From the NCBI GenBank assembly GCA_964580405.1, contig CAZOKM010000002.1, forward strand, positions 1 to 41,582: a DNA stretch of 41,582 bases, written 5' to 3'. Of this stretch, positions 33,926 through 41,582 are shown one piece after another. Both the position numbers and the translations under genes were made by a program. Each line of letters begins with the position of its first letter. The first letter of the stretch is position 1. Under the pieces are notes generated by a model that searched no databases, was not told where the DNA came from, and saw nothing but the letters and a program-made list of their open reading frames with translations. Origin of the DNA: an uncultured Candidatus Bathyarchaeia archaeon (GTDB lineage Archaea; Thermoproteota; Bathyarchaeia; Bathyarchaeales; DTEX01).

Positions 33926-36820
33926 TTAGAGGAACCTTCTTTTAAGCGCGTTCCTTTCCGCCTCGAGCACGAGGTCGTAGAACTCGTCCGAGAGCGTCCT
34001 CTGCTTCTTCAGAACCTCCTGCACGTCTTCCACGTTCAGCCTCCTCGCTGAGAACGCGACAGCCGCGGCTTTTCCGTAGTTCGAAATCAGCTTAGCCGTC
34101 GCCAAAGCGCGGTTCCTGAGCTTGTGCTCGCCCTGCGTGAGCTTCTCGCCCTTCTTGTCGACGAGGCTGAAGGCTTCCTCCTCCGGAACAGGCAATAAGC
34201 CAAGGTTCACGGAGCCGCACTTGGGGCAAGCAGGCCTGTCGGGCAGATCCTTCATCGTCAGCATCTCGGCGTAGTCCCAGCAGCCCGTGCAGACGAAGGT
34301 CCGCGCCTCGTCCATGAGCCTCGCCTTCGCAGCCTCCAGCAGTATGCGCCTCATCTTCTCCGGCGGCACAAGATCGGTCTTCATGCTGACTCTTTCGATG
34401 CCGACGCGGGCGACGGGCGAAGGCTCGTTCCTCGCCTCAATCCTGACCAGTTCGATCTCGCCCGCCTTTATTCTTCGGAACACTTCGACGAGTCTGTTGG
34501 GGTCCAGGTCCTTGTCGAAGACTTCCTTAAGGGCCTCCTCGTAGATGATCGTGCCCTCGAAGCTCTTGACGAGGCTCCGCAAGCTCACGTTGCTGAAGTC
34601 AACGTACTTCTTCAAGGCGCCGAACCGCCTCGCAACGTGAATCATGCGCCTCTTGAAGATACCCGTTTTAACACAGCCCCTTGTGAGCGTGTCCTTGATG
34701 AACTCGGGCGAGGCGCCTTTGAGGTCGTCAACTACCCTCATCACAATCAGGGAGCTCATCTCGCCCGCTGTCTGGACGAAGATCCTGTACGGGTCGTGCT
34801 GGACAACGACGGAGACGCCCGTCCGCTCCGAGAGGATGTCGCCCAGGAGTAGGGCCAGAGCCCTGTTCGTCAGGGAGCCGAAGTTCGCCTGAAGGATGAT
34901 GAAGTCCTCCCAGTCCTCGAAGGTTATCCGCCTGTCAGTCGGACCCCTGAACCCCTTCTGGACGCCCTCAAACGTCTCCTTGAGCGCCGCGAGAATCGTC
35001 CGTTCGTCCGCGGGATACTTCTGGGCTAACTCAGCCACAACTTCTTGAGGAGTCTTTCCATTCTGCATTTCCTGTTCCACGAAGCCGCGGACAGCGCCGA
35101 CCTCTTGCGCGACCTCGTAGGGCACGGGGATTTCTTCGCCGACCCAGCTCGGAATCGAGCCCGTTGGATCGTCGACGGCGTTGACGTATATCTTGTCTGT
35201 CAGGACGTTCGCGATTTTCCAGGGACTCCCGCGGATTATGAACTTGGTTCCGGGCTTGCCGTACTCCGCGACGAAGGCTTCGTCCAGCATTCCGATGGCT
35301 GAGTCCGTCTGCTGGTCGATGACGAGGTAGTGCTTCTCGTCGGGAATCATCGAAAGGTTCTCGAAGAAGTACTCGTAAAGCGGCTTCGACTGGCGAGGCT
35401 TGACGATCAGCTTGTCCTCGGGGACGACCCACGCAAACCTCGGGAACCTGTTGTGCATGTACTCCGCGACGTGCTGGACGTCGTCAACCGTCAGGTCGCG
35501 GTAGGGGTAGGCCTTCCTGAACGTCTCGTACAGCTCCTGGAAGTATAACCGCCTGCTTTTCATCAGTTTTGCCGCAATCTGGTTCGCCAGCGCGTCGTAC
35601 GGTTTCTCGGGGACGACTACGGGCTCCAGCTCCTCGGCATAGGTTCTCCTGCCGATGACTAACGCCTCCAACGTGTCGTCCGAGTCCATGGTGATTATGA
35701 TGCCGTTCGCCATCCGCCCGACGCTGTGCCCGCTTCTCCCGACGCGCTGAATCAGCCGAGTGACCTGCCTAGGGCTCATGTACTGGATGACGAGGTCGAT
35801 TCTGCCCACGTCGATTCCCAGCTCGAGGGAGCTCGTGCAAATTAATCCTTGAAGATCGCCCTGCTTCAATCCACGTTCAGCCGCGACGCGTGATGGTTTA
35901 GCCAGAGACCCGTGGTGGATGGACACGGGGAAGTTCATGTCCCACACTTTGAACCTGCTGGCTAATACTTCCGAGATCGTCCGCGTGTTCGTGAAAAGAA
36001 GAACCGAGTTGTGCGCCTCGATGAATTTCCGTATAATCCTGAGCCTAGCTGCGACCTCTGGATGAGTGTAAAGCGTCGAAGCCAACGCGAAGTCCTCGGA
36101 CTGGGGCTCAGGGTAAACGATCTGCAGCTTCATCAACCGAGCCACAGGAACCCTCACGATCTCTACTGGCCTGTTCGCGCCGACGAGGAACTGGGCAACC
36201 TTTTCCGGGGTGCCGATCGTCGCGGACAGCCCTATCATCTGGAACTCGTGCAACGTCGCTTCGCGCAGCCTCTCAAGCGCCAAAGCGAGCTGGCTTCCGC
36301 GCTTGTTGTCAGCCAACTCGTGGACTTCGTCGATCACGACCCACCTGACCGACTGGAGGTGGCGGCTTATGACCCAGCCGAAAAGAAGGGTCTGCAGGGT
36401 CTCGGGCGTGGTGATCAGAATGTCCGGTGGGCTTCGGGACTGCCGCGCCCTTTCCCTCGTGTCGGTGTCACCGTGCCTGACCGCCAGCTTCAGGTCCAGC
36501 TTGTTGCACCACCACTCCAGCCTCTCCAGCATGTCGCGGTTCAAAGCCCTTAAAGGCGTGATGTACAGGACCTTGATTCCCAGTTCGGTTCGGGGAGTCT
36601 GGACGAGCTGGCTGAGAATCGGAAGCATCGCGGCTTCCGTCTTGCCCGTCGCGGTGGGCGAAATGAGGAGGACGTTCTTCCCCTCGAGAATCTTGGGGAT
36701 GACCTTTTGCTGGGGCTCTGTCGGAGCCTGGAAGTCCTTCTCCTCGAGCAACCTGCGTACGGGTCGGACAAGCATGTCGAAGACGTTCCCTTGCTCAGAT
36801 TGCTCGTTCGACAAAGACAC
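33926..36820 (-). CDS. lhr: Lhr-family (Hel112/Lhr2-like) ATP-dependent DEAD/DEAH-box helicase
   Basis: 964-aa ORF with a GTG start. It has Walker A SPTATGKTEAA, a DEVH box (VVIDEVHEL), SAT, and the helicase C motifs TSSLELGID and QRVGRSGH. A long Lhr-type C-terminal region carries a CxxC...CxxC zinc ribbon (CTGCWDY...CPKCGS). Confidence 0.9.
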   Translation of the reverse strand: MSLSNEQSEQGNVFDMLVRPVRRLLEEKDFQAPTEPQQKVIPKILEGKNVLLISPTATGKTEAAMLPILSQLVQTPRTELGIKVLYITPLRALNRDMLERLEWWCNKLDLKLAVRHGDTDTRERARQSRSPPDILITTPETLQTLLFGWVISRHLQSVRWVVIDEVHELADNKRGSQLALALERLREATLHEFQMIGLSATIGTPEKVAQFLVGANRPVEIVRVPVARLMKLQIVYPEPQSEDFALASTLYTHPEVAARLRIIRKFIEAHNSVLLFTNTRTISEVLASRFKVWDMNFPVSIHHGSLAKPSRVAAERGLKQGDLQGLICTSSLELGIDVGRIDLVIQYMSPRQVTRLIQRVGRSGHSVGRMANGIIITMDSDDTLEALVIGRRTYAEELEPVVVPEKPYDALANQIAAKLMKSRRLYFQELYETFRKAYPYRDLTVDDVQHVAEYMHNRFPRFAWVVPEDKLIVKPRQSKPLYEYFFENLSMIPDEKHYLVIDQQTDSAIGMLDEAFVAEYGKPGTKFIIRGSPWKIANVLTDKIYVNAVDDPTGSIPSWVGEEIPVPYEVAQEVGAVRGFVEQEMQNGKTPQEVVAELAQKYPADERTILAALKETFEGVQKGFRGPTDRRITFEDWEDFIILQANFGSLTNRALALLLGDILSERTGVSVVVQHDPYRIFVQTAGEMSSLIVMRVVDDLKGASPEFIKDTLTRGCVKTGIFKRRMIHVARRFGALKKYVDFSNVSLRSLVKSFEGTIIYEEALKEVFDKDLDPNRLVEVFRRIKAGEIELVRIEARNEPSPVARVGIERVSMKTDLVPPEKMRRILLEAAKARLMDEARTFVCTGCWDYAEMLTMKDLPDRPACPKCGSVNLGLLPVPEEEAFSLVDKKGEKLTQGEHKLRNRALATAKLISNYGKAAAVAFSARRLNVEDVQEVLKKQRTLSDEFYDLVLEAERNALKRRFL

Positions 36821-37154
36821 GGTCGACCTCAGAACGGAGAAGATAAGATTGCTCTCCGCTAAAAGCGTTTTGTGGGTCCTTCGTCAAATGTTGCACGATT
36901 TCATGACAAAAGATGCCGCAACAAGATTCAGCTGCTACAAAGAAAATCAACAAAAGGTCCATGCGCAATTAGTTTATACGCGTGACCGCTAAATTATGCT
37001 TTTGTCAGAGCTTCTGTTGATTGTTCCAAGTCGTTTTATGGTTTGATGCAATAATTAAAAATGATAATGTAAATTTTATATATGAAGTAAATAGTGAATA
37101 CGAAGTAAATTGCCCTAGCAGTCTCCATTTCGGGTATTTAGGGAGCATTTCGGT

Positions 37155-37271
37155 TTGAAAATACTGATGGTCCTCTCCGACAGCCATTATCCGGACGACA
37201 TCAGAGTGAGGAAAGAAGTTCGCGCGCTGTCGAACAAGGGCCACAGGGTCTCGGTCTTGGCTTATAAATGA
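37155..37271 (+). pseudogene. N-terminal 38 codons of the GT4 glycosyltransferase, cut off from the rest by an in-frame TGA
   Basis: TTG at 37155 (ATG at 37167) gives KILMVLSDSHYPDDIRVRKEVRALSNKGHRVSVLAYK*, the classic first beta-alpha-beta of GT-B/GT4 enzymes. It is in the same frame as 37305-38369, and the TGA is at 37269-37271. Confidence 0.7.
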
Positions 37272-37304
37272 AAAGGTCAGCTTTGGGCTGAAAACGCTGA
37301 CGGC

Positions 37305-38369
37305 GTGGCAATCTTCAGGTACAGTTCCCCCTTCCATATGCATCTTGCCCTTTACAGGTACCTTATTTTTTTCCGCGTTGTCTTTTTGGCGAAAAAGTTG
37401 AACGTCGACGCACTTCACGTTCATGACCTGCCGTGCGCCTTGGCGTCGTGCCTTGCCGGGTTCGTATGCAGGAAACCCGTCGTTGTCGATTTGCATGAAG
37501 ACTATGCGGACATGGTTGCGTTCAATGCGAAGGGCTTCAGGGGGTTGAAGAGGGCTGAGGGCATCTTTCTTTCCAGTATTTTGGGTTTTGAGGAGCGGGT
37601 CTGCTTGAGGTCGGCGAGGAAAGTCATCGTTGTGGTCGAGGAGTCCATTGACAGACTTGTTAAAATGGGCATACCTAGGCAAAAAAATGTTGTAGTTCAA
37701 AACACATCTGACCCCGAAGAGCTGAAAAATGTTCCCGACGGTTGCATCAATGCCAATGTACCTTCTGGGAGGTCCACGATTTCCTACGTTGGCGGATTCA
37801 CGAGGCACCGAGGCCTAGACACATTAATCAGGGAGATGCCTTTGATCCTCAGGAAGATCCCTAATGCCCACCTTGTGCTTGTCGGCGATGGCGAGATGAA
37901 GATTGAACTTGTAAAACTATGTAACCGCCTGAACATAGACAGAAACGTGACTTTCACTGGCTGGGTACCCTTCGAGGAAGCGATGGACTACATTAAATCA
38001 AGCGACGTGTGCGCGATCCCCTACCATCGGACGAGGCAGACAAACAAGTCCTTCCCGCACAAGCTCGGCCAGTACATGTGCTTCGGGAAGCCCGTTCTCG
38101 TAAGCGACGTTGACTCCCTGAAAAGGATAGTGCACGAATCGAAGTGCGGGATCGTGTTCGAAGCCAGCAACCCGCGCGACTTGGCGGAGAAGCTGGTCGA
38201 AGCCGCGGAACAGGCGAGTTTGAAGGAGATGGGCGTGAACGCGAAGACCGCGGCAGAAACAGAGTTGAACTGGTCTAGAACGTCTGAAAGGCTTTGCGGA
38301 TTGTACGACGAGCTGGAACCCACAAAACAAGAACCGCGTTTTCCAAAAATCCTTCGAGTTGCTGGATGA
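37305..38369 (+). CDS. Glycosyltransferase family 4 (GT-B, Glycos_transf_1); remainder of the gene after the internal TGA
   Basis: 354-aa ORF from a GTG. LHVHDLP, ISYVGGFTRHRGLDTLI, LVLVGDGE, FTGWVP and FPHKLGQYMCFGKPVLVSD fit GT4. The sequence between the TGA and 37305 (KGQLWAENADG) is also in frame and GT4-like. Confidence 0.8.
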   Translation: MAIFRYSSPFHMHLALYRYLIFFRVVFLAKKLNVDALHVHDLPCALASCLAGFVCRKPVVVDLHEDYADMVAFNAKGFRGLKRAEGIFLSSILGFEERVCLRSARKVIVVVEESIDRLVKMGIPRQKNVVVQNTSDPEELKNVPDGCINANVPSGRSTISYVGGFTRHRGLDTLIREMPLILRKIPNAHLVLVGDGEMKIELVKLCNRLNIDRNVTFTGWVPFEEAMDYIKSSDVCAIPYHRTRQTNKSFPHKLGQYMCFGKPVLVSDVDSLKRIVHESKCGIVFEASNPRDLAEKLVEAAEQASLKEMGVNAKTAAETELNWSRTSERLCGLYDELEPTKQEPRFPKILRVAG

Positions 38370-39484
38370 TGGTCACTGAGGAAGAACTTCTTGACTGCAT
38401 GTTGAGGCTGCACTCGTGGAGAGAGAAATACAATGGAGACAATATGGGTTTGGGCTTCGACGAGTATGCCCCTCGCCTAATGTGCCATTATCCCGAAGCC
38501 TACGCTCTCTGGGGAAGAGGTTACCTGACCTTGTATGGTCTTCTCGGTGAAAGAAGCTTCCTTGCTTGCGCTGAGGAATGCGCAGAATGGCTTATGAAAA
38601 ATAAGAGTCCGCGGTACAAGAACTCGTCTTGGGGGTTGCCGTGGGAGTGGAACGGACGGACAAAAGATTATTCATATCTAAGTACAACCGCTTTCGCGGG
38701 TCTCCTCTTCGCTGAACTTTACATCGTCAGTAAGCGTCCCGAACATCTCAAGACAGCTGAAAGCGTTGCAGACTGGATGATGGAGGAAGACGGGTTAACC
38801 GAGGAAGACGGAGGCATATGGTTCAACTATTCCGACCATCCTAATCTCAGGTTGCCAGTTTACAATGCGGTGAGCCTCGCGTGCGGCTTCTTTTCGGAGC
38901 TCCATTCATGCTCGAACGTCGCCAAGTACGTAAAAATCGCTGCTGAGACCGCCAAGTACGTCATGAACCACCAAAACGGCGACGGCTCTTGGCATTACAG
39001 CCCAGCGAATCGTCAGGTTGACAACGTGCACGTGGGCTACACTCTCGAGGGTCTATCTGCGTACTTCAGGAACTCTGGCGACACGTCAACAAAACCTGTT
39101 CTCGAAAAAGGCGGACGATACCTGTGGTCCAACCTCTACGACGACAGCGGGCACGGGAAGGAGTACGCCGTGCGGAGCTCAGACGATTGGAGAGACCGTC
39201 TCAAAATGGCCCTTGGCGCGTTCGGGCTGCTGCGGGTTCCCGAAAGTAGGCTCTGGGGGTACGCTGCGGCGATACGGTCTTTTTCTCTTTTGAGCAATGT
39301 TGATGCGCGTTTCTTGGATTATTCCCTGAGAATATTTAGTTACGTTAAGAAAGGGTTGGCTTCGAAGGACGGATACTACTGTTTCAGGTCGAATGACGCG
39401 TCCTGTTTCGTAAGGCATGAATCACACCTTTTTGATTCGCTTGGCAGAACCTGCGTTGAACTGAGAAAACTTAAGGGCGGATGA
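38366..39484 (+). CDS. Hypothetical (alpha/alpha)6-toroid protein (N-acylglucosamine 2-epimerase/six-hairpin-like)
   Basis: The ORF is open from 38294, but the ATG at 38366 overlaps the GT4 stop (ATGA), giving 372 aa. WGLPWEW, HQNGDGSWHYS and periodic aromatic-rich helices suggest an alpha/alpha toroid. No family signature is recognised with certainty. Confidence 0.6.
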   Translation: MMVTEEELLDCMLRLHSWREKYNGDNMGLGFDEYAPRLMCHYPEAYALWGRGYLTLYGLLGERSFLACAEECAEWLMKNKSPRYKNSSWGLPWEWNGRTKDYSYLSTTAFAGLLFAELYIVSKRPEHLKTAESVADWMMEEDGLTEEDGGIWFNYSDHPNLRLPVYNAVSLACGFFSELHSCSNVAKYVKIAAETAKYVMNHQNGDGSWHYSPANRQVDNVHVGYTLEGLSAYFRNSGDTSTKPVLEKGGRYLWSNLYDDSGHGKEYAVRSSDDWRDRLKMALGAFGLLRVPESRLWGYAAAIRSFSLLSNVDARFLDYSLRIFSYVKKGLASKDGYYCFRSNDASCFVRHESHLFDSLGRTCVELRKLKGG

Positions 39485-40866
39485 AGTGGACCGTGTCACG
39501 TCTAGCTAAAAACCTAGTGGCTGATACGGCTAAGGCCTTCATTCCGTTCCCGTACTTCAGGGGGGCACGGTTCGCGAAGGCTTACGGGTTAGTCTCGAGG
39601 ACCCAGTACTATCCCGCCGAGAAGCTCCGAGAATTTCAGGAACAGAAACTCGCGTCCTTGGTTAAGCACGCGTACAAGAACATGCCATACTATAAGCGGC
39701 TTTTCGAAAAGAACGGTCTTTTGCCTTCCGACGTTCGCTCAATCGAAGATTTACGGAAGCTTCCTTTTTTGATGAAGGACGAGGTTCGCAGGTCCTCACG
39801 CCTTCTTTGCGCAAGAAACATGCGGCGTTATTTCCCTGTGCCCATCGAAACGGGCGGGACGACGGGGAAGCCTCTACGAATTTATGGCGACGCGCGTCAT
39901 CTCGACTGGCACATAGCCGTCGTCTGGAGGTACAGGAACTGGGCCGGCTTCAGCTATGGCGACAGGTGGGTCGAGATGCGGTACAGGTTCAGCGACCTTG
40001 ACCAAAGAACGCGGCTGGGTGTCCATTATTCAGTTAAAGGGAACACTCTTTACCTGTCCTCTTTTCATCTGAGCCAAAAGACTTTGCTAGATTATATTAA
40101 ATTGTTGAAGAAGTTCAGACCCAAGGCCCTGTACGGGTTTCCTTCGATGCTTTACGTCCTCGCGCGGTATATTCTCTCTCACGAACTAAAAGTTGATGTC
40201 AACATAATTTTCACGTCTTCCGAGACGCTGTTCAGCTGGCAGAGAGAAGCCATAGAAAAGGCTTTTTCGTGCAAGGTCTTCGACTTCTACGGCTCTAACG
40301 AGGGCGTGATTTCCGCTGCCCAGTGCCCCGAGGGTAGCTACCACGTTGACTGCGAGGTGGGGATACTGGAAGTTGTGGACAACGAGGGAAAGGCCGTTGA
40401 CACGGGTAACGTTGGCTTCGTGGTCGCGACCGGTCTCCACCACTACGCGATGCCGCTGATCAGGTACAGGCTGGGAGACCTCGTGAGGCTTTCGAAAAGC
40501 CCTTGCTGCTGTGGGAGGACCCTTCCCGTCATCGAGAGCATCGAAGGTAGAACGGACGACGCGGTCGTTACGGGCGACGGGAGGCTTGTTGGGAGGCTCG
40601 ACGAGGCTTTCCACCTTAGCTACGGCATAAGGGAAACCCAGATAATTCAGAAAGAAGTGGGAAAAATCGTGGTGAAGGTGGTACAAGACGACGGTTTCTC
40701 GTTACGCGACGTTAAGGTCCTCGACGACGAGTTGAAAAAGAGGTTGGGAGCCAGCACCGTGATAGATTACGAATACGTCGAAAGTATTCCGAGGACTGCG
40801 ATGGGGAAATACAAGTTCGTAGTCTCCGAAGTCGCCAGCAAGCACCTAAACGAAATCGTGGCCTGA
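39481..40866 (+). CDS. Phenylacetate-CoA ligase-family adenylate-forming enzyme (CapK/coenzyme F390 synthetase-like)
   Basis: 461-aa ORF whose ATG overlaps the upstream stop (ATGA). It has the P-loop-like IETGGTTGKPL, FYGSNEG, YRLGDLV and the C-terminal catalytic-Lys context AMGKYKFV. Confidence 0.85.
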   Translation: MKWTVSRLAKNLVADTAKAFIPFPYFRGARFAKAYGLVSRTQYYPAEKLREFQEQKLASLVKHAYKNMPYYKRLFEKNGLLPSDVRSIEDLRKLPFLMKDEVRRSSRLLCARNMRRYFPVPIETGGTTGKPLRIYGDARHLDWHIAVVWRYRNWAGFSYGDRWVEMRYRFSDLDQRTRLGVHYSVKGNTLYLSSFHLSQKTLLDYIKLLKKFRPKALYGFPSMLYVLARYILSHELKVDVNIIFTSSETLFSWQREAIEKAFSCKVFDFYGSNEGVISAAQCPEGSYHVDCEVGILEVVDNEGKAVDTGNVGFVVATGLHHYAMPLIRYRLGDLVRLSKSPCCCGRTLPVIESIEGRTDDAVVTGDGRLVGRLDEAFHLSYGIRETQIIQKEVGKIVVKVVQDDGFSLRDVKVLDDELKKRLGASTVIDYEYVESIPRTAMGKYKFVVSEVASKHLNEIVA

Positions 40867-40901
40867 AGAAAATGATGGCTTCATTTTCGTGTTGCTCAGT
40901 A

Positions 40902-40908
40902 TTTTTTT
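40902..40908 (+). terminator. Oligo-T tract downstream of the CapK-like gene
   Basis: TTTTTTT occurs 36 nt after the stop at 40866. Confidence 0.35.
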
Positions 40909-40997
40909 GGTAGGTAAAAGTGGTAAAGGCGTCATATAATCGGTTAATGAATAATATTATGAACCAGCACTTCAATGTACCAGTAGCATAGGAGACC

Positions 40998-41546
40998 ATG
41001 ACGACCAGAGGATCGTGGGAAATGGGAGCACTTGACCTCATTGTTGGCGGCGTTCGAGCTCGGCTGATGAAGAGGCGGTCAACTTCTGGCTCTCGCCCTA
41101 ACGCAGACGAGATAACGGAGAACGTGTGGGTCGGTGGAGTGAACAGCCCCGAACTGGTCGCCAAACAGGATTTTGGCGTCGTCATCGACCTTAGGGAGAC
41201 CGCAGATTCAAGATATGTAGATTTTCTCAAGGCCCATGGTATAGAATACGTGAATTTTAAGATTCCAGACCGTTACGGTGCCTCGCCTGAGGCTCTGTCG
41301 CAGATCGTGGCATTGATTGGCGAAGAAGTTGGCAAGGGAAAAAAGGTTCTGGTTCACTGCAATCTTGGGCGTGGGAGGTCCGCGCTTGCCGTCGCAGCGT
41401 ATCTTGTAAGCCAAGGATTGTTGCCTGAAGACGCGATGAAGAAAATTAGGGGAAGGAGGAACGTCGCGTACATGAATGGGAGGCAAAGGCGGTCTTTGTC
41501 AAATTATGCGAGTGCTCTTTCTGCGTCGTCCAGAAAGAATCCGTAA
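40998..41546 (+). CDS. Dual-specificity (Cys-based, CX5R) protein phosphatase
   Basis: 182-aa ORF with AGGAG 5 nt upstream of the ATG. The active-site signature VLVHCNLGRGRSA matches HCX5R(S/T). Confidence 0.8.
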   Translation: MTTRGSWEMGALDLIVGGVRARLMKRRSTSGSRPNADEITENVWVGGVNSPELVAKQDFGVVIDLRETADSRYVDFLKAHGIEYVNFKIPDRYGASPEALSQIVALIGEEVGKGKKVLVHCNLGRGRSALAVAAYLVSQGLLPEDAMKKIRGRRNVAYMNGRQRRSLSNYASALSASSRKNP

Positions 41547-41582
41547 CAATTTCCGAGACGTCCAGCGAGCCTAATATATATG

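Noticed and set aside
37269-37271. TGA in the GT4 gene read as selenocysteine, or as evidence of a recoded genetic code
   Set aside because: TGA clearly terminates other genes in this window (11546-11548, 38367-38369, 39482-39484). I saw no SECIS-like hairpin in the 3' region, and GT4 enzymes are not known selenoproteins. A nonsense mutation or sequence error is more parsimonious.
36210-37808. Long ORFs 36210-36992 (+) and 37005-37808 (-)
   Set aside because: The first is antisense to the Lhr helicase 5' region. The second is antisense to the GT4 gene and its AT-rich promoter region. Both have biased, non-protein-like composition and no motifs.

Overview
This looks like a chromosomal segment from an archaeon, probably a TACK/Thermoproteota lineage such as Bathyarchaeia. 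That placement is an inference from gene content: aconitase-X/UbiD mevalonate genes, an aKMT-like methyltransferase, an Lhr/Hel112-type helicase, a tRNA with a non-canonical intron, and TATA-like boxes with oligo-T tracts between genes. I can support about 36 protein-coding genes, 2 tRNA genes (Leu-UAA with a D-loop intron, and Val-GAC), 2 gene remnants and 2 families of non-coding repeats. I saw no rRNA, CRISPR array, cas gene, transposase or integrase. Layout: (i) 1-11.5 kb is a carbohydrate-processing island with a Gfo/Idh/MocA plus TIM-barrel pair, a secreted GH5, and GH99-like and other glycosidase-like proteins. (ii) 12.5-16.3 kb is a tightly coupled four-gene operon for the archaeal trans-anhydromevalonate-phosphate mevalonate route (UbiD decarboxylase, AcnX large and small subunits, mevalonate kinase). 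(iii) 16.0-18.3 kb holds a decayed duplicate of the UbiD 5' end plus its promoter, so the two copies flank a URO-D-family gene. (iv) 18.3-29.2 kb is an accessory catabolic cluster: oxidoreductase, an N-terminally extended C-N hydrolase, an MLE-type enolase-superfamily protein, a TIM barrel, two 2-hydroxyacid dehydrogenases, an esterase, a GNAT and a GxGYxYP-like protein. (v) 29.4-36.8 kb carries the tRNAs, a transglutaminase-like coiled-coil protein, a class V aminotransferase, a YkgJ Cys-cluster protein, a 525-bp non-coding gap full of a repeated motif, an aKMT-like methyltransferase and the Lhr helicase. (vi) 37.1-41.5 kb is a glycan-modification operon (a GT4 interrupted by one in-frame TGA, an alpha/alpha-toroid protein, a CapK/F390-synthetase-like ligase) followed by a dual-specificity phosphatase. 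All family assignments come from reading the translated ORFs for motifs. No database search was run.
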